DNA of 64,000 nucleotides from Gnetum montanum (GCA_015680685.1 MNCI01001625.1:217448-281447), one strand, 5' to 3'; shown: positions 25,627 to 40,149, counted from the first letter of the stretch. The notes: generated by a model not told the origin, from the sequence alone. A program made the numbers and translations.

Positions 25627-26910
25627 AAACGACACTATTCCAACCTTTCAAAGAAAAAGCATTATGACCTATTAGAGTTACTTAGCAAATTTAGACAAAA
25701 CATCTAGTCGAAGGTGATATTAGCCTCTGTTAAAAGCTTGAAGGTTTTTATCAAAATTAGCCTAAGTAATTTCATCACAACCTTGCATAAAATTTCATTA
25801 TGACCAATTGCAATTTCTTTTACAAATTTAGAGAAAACTTCCTAAGTTAGAGGTGAAATTAGCTTCTATACAAAGCTCTTAGGTGTTTTCTTAAATTAGC
25901 TTAAGAAATTCCATAAAAACATTAATATCATAACCAAAAGCATTATGACCAAAACTATATCTTATTCTAAATTATACATAAATTTTTTAAAAAAACATCT
26001 AAATTATTCATAAATTTGGAAAAAAAACCAAACATAAGTTTATAAAAAGAATCTAAATTATGCAAGGCATGCATAAATTTAGAAAAGACATCTAAATTAT
26101 GTAGAAATTTTGATAAAGCATGATAAACTTAGAAAACGCCATGAAGCCAATGCCATGATCTACACAACCTTAGAAAAAACTCATAAAAAATTCATTTTAA
26201 ATCCAATTGGAGTCATTTCACATCTATTAGAAAGCTGAAGAAAAATCCTATATAGCCATAACAAGAAAATAGCGAAAACTGTGGTTTTTTTCCTATGAAA
26301 ATTTCACAAATCTACATGACAGTACAAAAGTGGTAAAAATAGCCTAACTGCGCAATGTTAGGAAATAGTCATAACTCCCCTATTTCAAGGACAACTTAAA
26401 CAAGACAACCACCATCAAGAATATTAAAAAAGTGGCTACAAATCCATATTCTTTGATTTCACAAATATGTAGCTATTTTACCAACAAAAATACACAACTT
26501 TGCTTGCTTTTTCAAAGTAAAACTTCAAAAATCCCAAAGCCCAAAATTCATATAGGCATTAAAATGGTAAAAATCACCAAAACCATTACAACTCATTTAA
26601 ATTCACATCAAAATAATGGGGTATGATTTCCTAAGGCCTATATTTAAAAGAAAATACAACATTACCCCAATATTTTAGGAAAAGAGCATGAAACAGCAAG
26701 CCCTATTTTCAAAACCAAATTTGCAAAAGCTAAAGTGACAAAACAACCATAGATCTACATGGAAGCAACCAAAAAAGGAGGTGTTATTTTCTTAGAATTA
26801 TAAGTTAATATCCCCATTAGAGTAGATATGAGAAAACAACCCTAACACTTGGAAAGTAAAAATAAGAAAAGTCACAAAAACCAATGGTAGAAATAGGTAG
26901 AATAGCCTAC

Positions 26911-27038
26911 CTTGGAGTAATGAAAAATGGGGCTTGGATGGAGATAGTCCTTGGAACCTCTAATAACTCCCTTGAATGCTTCTCCATACTATATATTTTG
27001 GGGTTATTTCTCTTTCCCCCTCTCTATTTTGATGCCAT
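26911..27038 (-). pseudogene. Exon 1 of the antisense accessory gene in element B
   Basis: ACC ATG GCA TCA AAA...; MASK*RGGKRNNPKIYSMEKHSRELLEVPRTISIQ; phase-2 donor AG|GTAGGC at 26910; homologous to 39437-39567. Confidence 0.7.
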
Positions 27039-27599
27039 GGTAGGCTCAACATTGTGAAAGAGGATAATTGGAAGAAGATGAGAGTTCTGCGTTGGCTGTA
27101 GGGGAGATGTAAAGCTTCCATGTTGAAGATTAGTTGTGGTTGCCAAAAAATATCTACCAAATATCTCCATGAATGCATTATTGCTAAAAGATAACAATTG
27201 TGATCAATATTTGTAAATTTTGACATATAAAACCAACCTAAACCTAAACAAAACCCTAGCTGGTAATTTAGTGCACCATGACTACAAGTGCACTCAAGGA
27301 AAAAAGGGGAAAGATTACTTCATGTTGGTTTTATGGGGGAAGGAAGAAACCATTGCACTTTTCAAAATTCTAAATTTTTGGATGGTGGCTCCACCTTGCA
27401 CAGCTCGTTTTAACCAAACTTACCAATTTCATCACTTAAGACATTATGACAACCTTACCCCCCACCCCCGTAGGTGCATTCACACTAGGAATACCATGTC
27501 CAACTTAGAAGTATGTTGTTTATCATTTTTAAAATTTGTTAGCATTTCAATATATTTCTATTTTAAGTAACTCAAACTTACCTTTCTAAACCTCAGGTT

Positions 27600-30450
27600 T
27601 CCAAATTTGGGAAAAACATGAGAAAGGGTAGGTGCCATGGATTTTCATGATAGTATGAAATAATGCCTAGCATGGAAGAAGGGGGGTGACAATCACTCCT
27701 ACCTCCCAACATGAATTTGGCATACGTTTTATCCTAAAGTGGCCCCCACATGGCCTAGAACCCCTCCAAGTATCTTTGGCAGCCTTGGAACCTCACCAAA
27801 CCTAGTTGAAACTAGCTAAAACTACTTGAAACATAGGATTTTGTGTTTTCCATGGTGCAAGAGACTTCTTCCATGCTCCAAATTTTACCCTCAGCATGGA
27901 AAGAAGGGGGAAGCCAAAAATAACTTAAATTGATGACCTAATGACCATTTCTTTATTCCTAGTAATCCCTAGACCTTGTCGAAACCTTCTAGAGCTTCTG
28001 AAAGCCACAAAATGGGTCAAAAATGGTACAACTCTATCATCCCCCTCTCAATCATGTTGTGGACACCATTCTCAACATGGAAGAAAAGGAGGAAGTTGCA
28101 TTAGGCACTTAGAATCCTCCAAACTATCAAATCTTGACACCCAACATTGACCATCGACATCGACAACCTTAGAGGTCAACATGCATGGTTGATCAACTAT
28201 AGATCTAGCCTAGATCTAATTTTCTTGATTTAAGGTACCTATTTAATGCTAAGCCTTCCACCCCCATGATAAAAAAGGGGCATATCCTAAAACCTTCCTC
28301 ACAATCCCCAAAACAACCAAATCTTAACTCTAGGCACTAATGATCAATGTTGACAATCCTAGGAGCACTCATGCATGGCCAAATCAATTAAAAATGATTA
28401 AAAAAAGCTTTTCCCAAAATCTTCCACATTTATCATGAAATACCTAGTGTGAAAAATGGTGAAATTAAAAAAAATAGCTTGTTACCCTTGAAATAATCAA
28501 ATTTTAGAGTCAAATGATAGTAGGCAACACCGATGACCTTAGGGGCCTACATGCATAATCAAAAGTTGTCAAAAGTGATCAAATTTTTTTCCCTATTTTT
28601 ACATACTAAGAATGGAATTTCTAGAGTGGAAAACTAGGGGGAAGTCCAAAAAATACTTCATCAATCTTGAAATAAGAAAAACTTGAAATTAAGTAGCAAC
28701 CATCATCATCGGAAATCTAGGAAGCCTACATGCATCTCCATGAGTTGCCAAAAGTTATCAGAAATCTCTTCCCTTAATTTTCAAAACTAAGAATTGAAAT
28801 CCTAGTGTGGGAAAAGAGGGGGAAGTCCAAAAATTACCTTATGACCTTTGATGATTACCAAAATTTGACATCAGATGCTAGTAGTCCATGACGACAACAT
28901 AAGAAGCTCATATAAATAGTCGAAAATGATCAAAAATATTTCTTTGTATTTTTCCACACTGAGCATGAAAGCCCTATCATGGAAAAAATGGGGAGTTTAA
29001 AACATTTCTTGTCAACCCTGAAATAATAAAATTTTAACATCAAGCAACAATGATCATCGCTAGCAACCCTAGAAACTTGCATGCATGGTTGAAATCAGTC
29101 AAAAATCATAAAAAATATTTTCCTCCATTTTTACACAATGATAATTTAAACCCCAACATAGGAAATTGGGGGAAATCCCAAAATCCACTCATCAATCTTC
29201 AAGATGGTCAAATTTTGACACTAGGCATTAACCATCATCGCCAATGACCTTAGGAGACCACATGCATGATCGAAAGTGATAATAAAGCATCAAAAAGTGT
29301 TCTCTCCTTTTCTCCAAATTAATCATGGAAGCTCCAATGTTGTAAAATGGGGGGAATCCCAAAAACTACTTAAAAACCCTCTAAAATGACCATTTTGGCT
29401 CTAGACCCCTGTTCTTGACCCCAATAGCCTTAAAGGTTGACATGTAAATTTGATTGAGGTTATAAAAGGTCAAAAATCCATTCCCACTTCTTTTTCATGT
29501 TTATCTCTCCATCCCTAGCATGGAAATAAGGGAGGAAGCTAAAAAAGCACTTCAGAATGGCTAAAATTGCCAAAAATTGAGACCAAACCTTAGTCCTCAA
29601 CCCCATTATCCCTAAAGGCTAACATGCAAAGTTGATTGAGATCAAAAAGGGTTAAAAATTTACTCCTTCTTGTTTTCCACACTAATATTTCTATCCCTAT
29701 TATGGAAGAAAGGGGGAAATCCAAGAAAACACTTAGGAATGCCCAAAATTACGAAACCTTAAGAGCAAACCTTAGTCCTAGACCCTACTAGCCATGAAGG
29801 TTGACATGCAAAGTCAATTAAGGTAAAAATTAGTTAAAAATTCAGTTTCCTTTATTTTATCTATTATCCCCAGTGTGTAAGAAATGGAAAAAGTGAAAAA
29901 AATAGTTAGCAATGCCCAAAAATGTCAAATTTTGACATGGATCCATAGCCCTTAACCTTGATAATCCTAAGAGGTAACATGCACAAATGATTGTGACTCA
30001 AATTGGCCTAGGTCTAGGATTCTTACTTCTTCCATGCTAGAGTAACCTCCCTAGTGTGGAAACAAGGGAGAAAGTTGCTTTTCCAATTTTGAAGGTAAGA
30101 TGACACTCCCAAAAACCAAAGATCTTTGCCAAAGAATTCCAAGATGTCACAACATCAAGATTTTACATGTTTGACTTTGTCCCAACCTCCAAAGCTCATT
30201 CACAGCATTCTTCCAAACTAGAGTAACTCTCCTATCATGGAAAAAATGGGAAGACCATAAAATACCCTTAAACAACCTTCAAACATGCCCAAAGTTAGCC
30301 AAAAACATGTAGAATTGAAGCTTGCAACCCTAGGGGCTTAGAAACTTTGCCAAAGTGCCCCAAACCACCCTGAATTTATCAAACAAATGTTCCTTTATTT
30401 TTCCATGCTAAGGATACCTTACCCAACGTGGAATTCATTTCAACACTTAT
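27600..30450. repeat. Degenerate tandem array (~110-120 bp units) rich in TAGCATGGAA / TTCCATGCTA inverted motifs
   Basis: Recurring 'ttccatgcta…tagcatggaa…gggg' and 'catgcatg' blocks; equivalent array at 40150-42400. Confidence 0.7.
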
Positions 30451-30939
30451 TGAAAATCAAAATGATTAACCTATGGCCTAGATACTTATATTGCTTTATG
30501 GAAATGATTGACATTATATGGCCTCTACATAGCCCCATATGTTCGTTATTTGTCTTATTACATCTCTATTTGTCTTTTTTTGGTCTTTAAAGAGGTATCA
30601 AATAGTGGGGTTTGACCTTCCTTGACCACCATTTGAAAACATATGACCATGACCTGCTAAGGCCTTAAACTAGCATCATGGCCCACTAAGGCCTTAAACT
30701 AGCATCATAGTTTACCAAGACTATAAACTAGCGTCATAGCCTACTAAGCCCTTAAAATAGAAATATTGTGACCTCTATTGGTCATTTTTGGCCTTAATCC
30801 TTATATTTTCCCTTATTTAACCCTTATGGATCCTTTGTTTGCGTCTATTGCACCTTTTCATCTCATTAATCGCCTTGATTTCCTTAGATTTGCACATGTT
30901 TTGTGGCATTTTTAATAGTATTTATTTACTTTTACATAG

Positions 30940-33900
30940 GTGTCATTTGATATGATTTTGGTTGATGTGCAGGATCAAAGTATGAGTTCTTGGGAGCAAA
31001 TCAGTTTGCCTTTGTGTCTACATGGATCTTATGGTTATATTAAATAATGTATCAACTATGATTGCCTAGATTTTGAGCCTACGAGTCTTGTAGATCACAT
31101 AGCCATAATAGGGAAACCCCTAGAATGGCCTGAAAACCTAGAAAAAACCCTTAACTTAGAAACAAGAGACATATTTGAAGATCCTTTAGTTCAGGTTCCT
31201 CTCACAACACAAAATGGTGAGGAAAGAACCCTTAAATTAAGTTCCTCACTAGAGCCTCAATGTACCCAAGATATTACTAAAGTTTTACAAAGCAACATTA
31301 TGGCATTTGTATGGTCATATGAAGATTTTTTGGGCTTGGACCCATGTCTAGTCTAGCACAACATCATATTGGATCCTAGCATTAGACCAATTAAGGAAAA
31401 AGTGTACAAGATTAGAGCTAATTTGGCCTTGGTAGTTCATGATGAAATCTCAAAACTCTACCAAGTAGGTTTCATTAGGGTTTTCGATTATGAAGAATGG
31501 GTACCAACATAGTGGTAGTCCCTAAGAAAAATGGGAGTATCCATATTTTCATTGATTTTCAACACCTAAATAAAGCCACCATCAAGGATGACTTTTCTTT
31601 ATCTAGTATTGGTCAAAATATCAATACTATAGCAAAACATGTCTTATTGTCCTTTAGGGATGGATTTTTAGGATATAACCAAATTAGGATCAAGCCAAAG
31701 CACTAACTTAGCACAACCTTTATGACCCCATGGAGTACTATTTGTTATACTATGATGCCCTTTGACCTTATTAATGTTAGAGCAACATACCAAAGAACCA
31801 TGACCTATATCTTTAGTGATTACTTATTAGGTTTGCTTAAATATTATGTAGATGACATAGTCGTGAAGTCTAAAACAGCCAATGGCCATGCTAATGAACT
31901 AGATCTTGTGCTTAAAAGATGCCTTAAATATGAACGTAGGCTCAATCCTAAGAAGTATTTCTTTGGTGTCAAGACCAGAAATATGCTTGGCTTTGTAGTC
32001 TTTGAGGTAGGAATACATGTAGATTATGATAAGTTTAAGGCCATATCCAAATTAGTAGAACCTACCAATCTTAAAGAGCTTCAGTGATTACAAGGTAAAC
32101 TATAGTTTATTCATAGGTTTATTTCTAGGCTTATGGATGAGTTATAACCCATGCATCACTTACTTAAGAAAGGAGTTCACTATGAGTGGATGGCTTATTA
32201 CCAAGAAGCCTTTGAGAACCTTAAGCAAGAATTAACACTTATACTTATAGTCTATCCTCCACAAGAGAGTAAACTATTTTGCATTTATTCTACCATTTTT
32301 GATAAATACATTACCTCTCTACTTTGTCAAAAATGTGATGATGGTGCAAAAATGCCTATATACTACCTTATCCATGTGTTAGTAACCCACAAGACTTGAT
32401 GCACTAAAGTGGAGAAGCATTTCCTAGCACTAGTATTCTCTTTGAAGAAATGGAGAAACTACCTCTTTAGAAGCCAAGTTAATGAGATTTCAAGATAATA
32501 TACTCAGAACCATAATAACTAACATATACAAAAGTAGTTATATAGCTTGATGGAAAGTCATAACCACAGAGTTTGACTTGCATTATGTCTCTAAATCCTT
32601 AACAAAAGTTCAAGCTATAGTTGTACAACACATTGTTTCACCAATTGATGAGCGAGCATCCATAGATCTTGATTTCCCTAATGAACACATTAAAATAGTC
32701 AACCAAGTTCCTAAGTATTATAATGCAATCATGAACTTCGATGCAGATTCAACTACCAATGGGATTAGTGTTGTTTCTATCATAAGAATCCCATCTTGTG
32801 AAATCCAATCCTTTTCCTATCGTTTTTGGTTCTCATGTACCAACAACATAGTAGAATATGAGGGTTTGATTAGAGGGATGATGGTAGCTCATGACCTAGG
32901 AATTATATGACTAACCATCAAAGGCAATTCACAACTCATGGTTAACTAAGTAATTGATGTCTAAGCTAAGCACTTGCAATCTTACTATGACCTAGAAAAG
33001 CAATTATTATAATAATTTACAGATGTTAATATCCAACACATACCTCAAAATGAAAATGCCATAGCTGATGCAATTACAACATTAGCCCTTAATATGATGC
33101 TAGATATGTTTAATAAGTTTTCCACCTTCTCTATGGACTCTGCTACGTCCATCGCACAGAACATTGAGGATACCTTTGTGGCTATAGTTCATGCTACTCC
33201 TTCCAAGTAGTGGTATTACAATATCAAATTTTACCTTATGCATGGTGAATTCTCATAGGTCTTGACTACTTCTTTGAAGGATGTCATACATAAGTAATCA
33301 AAGTTGTATGTCATTATAGGTGATAACACATTATGTTGATGGTCCTATGATGGCATACTCCTAAAGTGATTTGGCAAAACTAAAGCCAAAATAGTCCTAG
33401 AGGAGGTTCATGAGGGTGTTTGTGATGGACATATAGGACCTAGAGCCATTTCTGCTAAGATTAGATGGTAAGGCTACTATTGGCCCCATATGAAAAATGA
33501 TTGCTTGCAAAAGGTTAATTGATGTGACATATGCCAATGATATAGCAACTTTATACATGTATCACCAATTGAGTTGCATATGACCTAGATAAAATAGTCA
33601 TTTCAATGATTGAGGTTGGATATCATTGGACCCATAATGCCAAAATCTACTATAGGACATAGCTTTATCATCATCGCAACTGAATACTTTACAAAGTGGG
33701 TTAAAGATATTTCCCTAAGAAAGATCGCATCTAAACAAGTTTATCCTAGACAATATTGTAGCATGTTTTGGCATACCCATGACCATAGTTATAGAGAATG
33801 GACCTCAATTTAGTACCCATGAAACCAAGTATTTTTATCACAACCTAGGCATTAAGCATTATTTCTTGTTACCTTATTACCTTCAAGCCAATGGACAAGT

Positions 33901-34444
33901 AGAAGTAAGCGACAAGGCCATCATCAACTTTCTCAAGAAGATGCTTAATAATAGCAACCAAAAGTGGTATGAGTGGCTTATCCATGCACTATGGAAATAT
34001 AGAAAAACCTATCCCATGGCAATCATCATGATCCCTTATGACCTTATTTATGATTTTGAAGCTATTTTACCTCTTGAATTACAAGTATCATCACTCCAAG
34101 CAACCTTGACAAACTTCATCAACGACAAGCAAAGCAAGGAGTTTTGGATAGCAACATTGAATTTAGTGGAAGTGTGATGTATGCAAGCACTTTCTCAAAT
34201 TGAGAAATATCAAGAGAGGTAGCAATGAAAACATCACCATAACCTAACCATGCACAAGATCAAGGAGGGGGACCTCATCCTCAAGGCCATTTGTGAACAT
34301 GTGGACAAATTCCTAGCCAATTGGGAAGGGCCTTTTATTATCACCAAAGGTTATGGAAATAGAGGATTCAAAATAGTCAACATGGATGGGAATGAGCTAG
34401 GAAATCAAATAAATCATTCCTTTCTAAATCAATACTACATGTAG
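30940..34444 (+). pseudogene. pol: pol of element B (RT-RH-aRH-INT)
   Basis: VVVPKKNG, YTMMPFDLIN, YYVDDIVVKS, CTNNIVEYEGLIRG, ATEYFTKWV, QANGQVE, NWEGPF. Confidence 0.93.
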
Positions 34445-34694
34445 TAGACCGATCATCAACAAGTGAGCCTACTTTCAATGGTCCACTACAACCTTAAACT
34501 GCAACACAACCCACCAAGGAATTAAACCAGTACCATTGCCTACCACAATCTTTAACTAGCAACATTGGTAACCTAGATAGCCTAATTCACATGTGGAATC
34601 TATGCATTATAAAATTATAATATGTAGTGGTGTTTTGTATTCTTTGTCAGTGCCTCTCAGGTCAATCCTCTAAACACCAACAAATAAGGATCAC

Positions 34695-36206
34695 TGAAAC
34701 ACCACAAAATTTTGCATGTTATAACCAATCTTCATAGTGTAGCTTTCACCCCATGGAATCTAAGGTAAAATTCCATTGTAAATGTGAAATCTATACTCCA
34801 CAAGGGGAAATTTCACATAATTTATACTTTTCGGGTAAAATTTCATTGTAAATGTGAAAATTGTAATCCATAAGTGAAAAAAGTTACCTAGTGTCTCTAT
34901 TTGGGCTTGGGGGATCAAAATGCCTTTTGGAATGTCAAAAGAGAAAATTTAATTGGTTTTATGAGGGGTAGACATTTTTATATGATGAAAACACATGTAG
35001 GAGGATGGATATTAGCTACCTTAGCCTAGAAGGATGGGGAATTTGAAAACATTCCTTCCTTGAATGTGGAGACCAAGTGAACCTTCTAGAAAGTTTTCAC
35101 CAAACTTAGAAACTTTTCTGCTAGCTTGGAAACTTTCCTTCCCAACATGGAAAATTCAAACCCCCAAGGTGGAAGCCCCAAGAAGAAAAATTCATCAAGT
35201 TGTGCACTTTAACATTAACTAGCCACTTCCACAGGCATGGTGGAGAGCTCAGCATGGAAAATTTATCTCTGACATGGAAGGAGTACCTATGTTACTATTT
35301 TTAGTAAATATAATGGCCATGCAAAAAAACACTTATTATTTTTAGTAACCCCCCAAATTTGGGCATCCATTTCACCTAAATTTGGCAACCAATTTGTAGC
35401 AAAATTACATCAAATTTGTAGCCATTTTGTAGCCCAATTATAGCCAATTTCCAGCCACATTCATAGCCCAAAAAACCTATAGAAGCCAAGATCCAACACC
35501 ATTTATAGGTTCCAAAATTTTTAATAACATTAAACAATTTTAAGAAAAAGAGAGAGCAATAGCAGAAATTTGCACACAATTCCATACTTAGGGAATTTTT
35601 AGGTACTCAAGAGCTCTTGCAAGTCCCCATACTATAATCTCTTGAACCCTAGTGTGGAAGCACTAAGGCCTTGAGATTTGGTGGATTTTGGTGTTAACAC
35701 TACACTTCTAGGATATAAAACCTAGTGTGGAGCAACTTAGCATCCAAATAATCCCCCTTTCTCATCCCCCAGTAGCAACAAAATTGTAGATCCAAGGTTG
35801 CAGTAGTGAAGGGAGGTCCTATAGCATCAAGAATGGCTTGGCACCTAGATCACGAAGCAAATCAACTTGGCTTCAATAAGCTTTGAACTCTTGCATAAGT
35901 GGACCTCCTTTTTGCTCATCAAGTCATAATTTATAGCCATTTCTCTAACTTATTGTTTATTCTTTTCATAATAAAGTTTTTAGTTTTTAGTTTTGTGTTC
36001 AAAAATAAATTTATTATTTGTGCATTATTCGAATATATTTATATTTCCCCATTTTGCATCTATCCCAAGTCCTTGGTTGAACTGTTAGACCAACTAGGGT
36101 GTCCAAAATCCCATTTTTATTATGAAGGCCCTAGGGGTTTACGGTTGAGGAACTACTTGTGCTATGGATCTTTGGTTCACATTCTAGCAATTGAGGTTTT
36201 CGTTCA
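34695..36206 (+). repeat. 3' LTR of element B
   Basis: Starts TGAAACACC, ends ...GTTTTCGTTCA; homologous to 50392-51921. End coordinate approximate. Confidence 0.85.
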
Positions 36207-39200
36207 TAATAGGAACCTTTACCCCATCAGTAGGGACTCAAAACAAGTCATGAAAGAGGCCCACACCAATTTCCATGTTCACCTTCACATCATAAATGAT
36301 GTTCCTAAAATGACCAACCTTCTCATCAAAGGTGTCGATGGCATGTAACATCTCAACAGTAAGAATGGAAGGGATAGGTACCATAAATACATCAAGCAAA
36401 CCTACATGCTAGATGTTTGCTTGAACATACCTAGGCATCTATTCTTTTAATAGATCATGTGCTCGTATCACCTCTCCAAACTTTATCATGAGGCTATCCT
36501 CATGATGTGAACCTAAATGTGGTATAGTGACATTAGCCAAGGTGGAAGATCCTATGAAGCAACAACCAAAGCTTATCATAAACATGAGAAATTTTAATAA
36601 CCAAGCAAAGTAATAGAACACTTAAATTTATAGCCATGAAACACTACAAGCTATAGCATTTACATTTACTTTTTCTTTTCTTCATTAGTATGGTTTGAGT
36701 AGAGGTCCCAACTACAAGGGCCTAATCCATGCTATTGGTGTCTACCCACTAGTTGTGCATCATCCTATCATCCTTACACTTCTTGTACACAAGGTTGAAT
36801 CTTGAGGCAAATGCATCAAAGTCCCCTCTTAACTATTGATATACAGTAGTTGTAATTTGAGAAATCATGGTGAATTTTTCTAAAGTAGTTTAAGCCACTA
36901 CCCAGATTTGATTGTTGAGGATCAAGCCTTGATCATTGACCTTGTATCTATAGGAATGTTGTAAAATTGATGATGTTAGGGAAGGTAGTTAAGACAAAAG
37001 AATATAAACATTAAAATAATCATGCTTACCCTTATAAATGAGACATAGTATTAGGTGGGTTCTAAAATAACATGTGGGTTCTATGCACCACCATCAAAGT
37101 ATTTTCAACATTATACTAGTTATTCTTTGGCATCATCTAGATCTCGATAAGGTAACGTGGACTGATGGCATCTACTAGTCCCACTACTATCTTAGCAAGT
37201 GGCTTTTCAATAATGAATTTGATAATCAGGTCAAATACCTAAGGCACTATGGTCTCCACTACAACCCTAGCTACATCTAGAGATAAGCATGACCATAGGA
37301 TCACAATGAAGTTCTTAAGGAGGTAGGCAAGGAATTCCCTTGTCCTAGGCAAGAACCACAATGAGAGCTTTCCTAAAAGCATGTCATGTGATGGGGTATT
37401 GGTCTTGGGATGACCAATGTAGCATAGGATACCCACAAACTCCACAATGATGAGGGTGAACCTTGAAAAGACCCTACATGAAGCAAAGCAAAAACATTGT
37501 GACCAATTGAAATTTCTTAGCAAATTTGGAAAAAAAATCTAGTTGGAGATGAAATTAGCCTCTATAAAAAGCTCTAATATGTTTATTTGAATTAGCTTAA
37601 GAAATTCCATAAGAAATAATTATTACAACTTTGCATAACCTTACATTATGACCAATTGAAATTTCTTAACAAATTTAGAAAAAACATCCTAAGTTGAAGT
37701 TGAAATTAGCCTTTGTAAAAAGCTCTAAGTTGTTTATCTAAATTAGCTTAAGGAATTTACAAAAAAATGTTATTACAACATTTCATAGCCTTATATTATT
37801 GAATTAATAAAAAAATTTGTAAAAAACATCTAGTCAAAGGTGAAATTAGCCTTTGTAAAAGGCTCTAAGGTGTTCATCTAAATTAGCCTAAGAAGTTCCA
37901 TAAAAGCATGATTACCATAACCAAAAAATCACAGCAAAAAGATTATATCCAAAACTAAACCTTGGTCTGAGTTATGCATAAATTTGGAAAAAAAATTTAA
38001 ATCATGTACAAATTTTAAAAGGTAAGGATAAGTTCAAAAAAAACATCTAAATTTTTCAAAGCATGCATAAATTTATAAAAAAGAAACATGTAAGCTGTGC
38101 ACAAATTTTGAAAAAGCATCATAAACTTAGAAAAACCCATGTAGCCATAGTAAAAGATTTCTAAAAATAAAAAAAGCTTTTAAACTTATTAAAAAAATTA
38201 AGCATTACTTTTACATATTTATAAAATAAAAACATAAGTTATACATATCAACCACTTCCATTTACAAATGGGTAATATGCTTTGACCATAATTTTTCCTT
38301 GTTCACACAGCCATAGCTAAAAAATTTATTAAAAACTCAATTGTGATCTAATTTCAATTATTCCACCATGAAAATAATTCTAAAATTATGAATCTTATAG
38401 TGAAAACCATTATAACTGAAAATGTATAACCATATCTAGATAAAACATAACCAAAATTTAGCCAAAATAGTAGCTATCGCCATTAACCTCTTTTTACAAA
38501 AGGTTGGTAAAAATTCATTTATACTCCAAACAGAGTAATTCCACATTTTTTGAAAGTCTAAACCAAGCCCTATGCACCCATGTATAGAAAAAAGTCAAAA
38601 CTTTTGCTATTTATGCAAAAAAAAATTCTACAATTTGGACAATAATTTGAAAAGCCACAACCATCCTTATTACACATGCTTAGCAAAAAACATTCATAGA
38701 AAATTCATTCTAAGCCCAATTAGGGTGATTCCACCTCTTTTGGAAAGCTAAAGCCAATAAATAATTAGCCATGAGTAGAAAATAGCCCAAACCTTTGGCA
38801 TTTTCTTAGAAAAATTTTCCAAGTTTACATAAAATTACAAAAATGGCATGAGAAACCTAACTACACAATGGTAGAAAAATAACCATAACTTCATCATTAA
38901 AAAGCTAAATTAAATGAAAGAATAGCCATCAGAAAGATTAGAAAAAGATCTACAAACCTATATTATCAAATTCTAAAAGTATGTATCTATTTTATTAATA
39001 AAAAATACACAACTTTACTTGATTTTTCCATGTAAAAAGCTAAAAAGTTAAACCCAACTTAACATAGCCAAAATAGTTGAAACAATCGATACCCATTAGC
39101 AGGAATACCAAAATAATGTCATAGGATTTTGTTGAAATTTAATTTTGATGAATCCTTTGGCCTAGATTTGAAAAAATGGCCATACCCCAAAATTTTGGGA

Positions 39201-39567
39201 AAAAGACACAAAATCAACAATATTTATTTAAAAGTTGATTTTATTTAGGCAAAACCAATGAAAAAACCATGGATCCATGTGTAAATGGCCAAAATAAGAG
39301 GTGGTTTTTCATAGAATTTCATTTTAAGCCTTCTATCCAAGTAGATTTGAGGAAAATGGCCCCACATGTAGTAAGAAGAATGCAAGGAAACCATAGAAAA
39401 TAGCTAAAAAGAAAGGAAAAAATAGGTAGAACTTACAACCTCAAAGTGGTGATGGAAAAATCGTGAATGGAGATAGGCCTAGGAACCTCTGAGAACTCCC
39501 TAGCATGTTTTTCTATCCTCTAGATCATTAGATTCCAACTCTTTCTTCCATGTTATTTTGATGTCAT
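36207..39567 (-). pseudogene. Spliced antisense accessory gene of element C (exons 1-4, truncated by insertion of element B)
   Basis: Exon 1 39567-39437 (donor GTAAGT at 39436); exon 2 37473-37030 (TLIIVEFVGILCY...WFLPRTREFLAYLLKNFIVILWS...YNVENTLMVV...NPPNT); intron 37029-36948; exon 3 YKVNDQGL...TTLEKFTMIS...KCKDDR; exon 4 ...MLHAIDTFDE...LFHDLF*VPTDG. Confidence 0.8.
37490..37930 (+). repeat. ~150-bp tandem repeat (about 3 copies) inside intron 1 of the antisense gene; equivalent at 25655-25950
   Basis: Repeated 'cattatgaccaattgaaatttctt…gtgaaattagcct…aaaagctctaag' units. Confidence 0.75.
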
Positions 39568-40149
39568 GGTAGTTTCAATGTTGAGAGTAATTTGGAATCA
39601 AGAGAAATAGGTGTTCTATGCTAGCTATATGGGAGATGGGAGGCTTCCACATTGAAGATTGCTTCTACCATAAAAATCATTACCAAAGCTCTTATCCAAT
39701 GCACAATTTTCAAGAATAATGATTATGATTGAAAGCTTTCAAAATTCAACCATATAAACTGCATCTAAACCCTAAACTTAGACCTTGAAACCCCAATTGC
39801 TAATTAAATTCACCATAATTCCAAGTGCACTAAAGTGAAAGGGGAGAAAGTCTAGTTCACATTAATTTTGGATGGGAAACAACTTCACTTTTCAAAATTT
39901 TAAGTTTTTGAATTATGGCCCCTACACTGTGCCTTCTCTCTTAACCAAAAATTGCATTAATGGTAAGCTTTTTTCTAATTTTGATAGTTAGAACCATATT
40001 TCAACCTTGAGCCTCATGCATCCATGATAGGGATATGATGCCCAACATAGAAACATGCCTCCTATTTTACAGAGTAATTAAAACATAAATAATTTGCTAT
40101 TTTTAGTAACCAAACCTTGCCTTCTTCAACCCTATGTTTCTAAAAGTGG

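Larger units (their letters stand above)
25627..36206 (+). mobile_element. Element B: 3' portion of a Tat element (spacer with antisense exon 1, pol, 3' LTR)
   Basis: Colinear with element C (37480-51921). Left end cut by the Athila-like insertion; ends in an LTR. Confidence 0.85.

Noticed and set aside
36207-39567. Antisense exons as an ordinary host gene interrupted by TEs
   Set aside because: The homolog lies wholly between the LTRs of TSD-bounded element A, at the same position relative to pol, and decays like the element.
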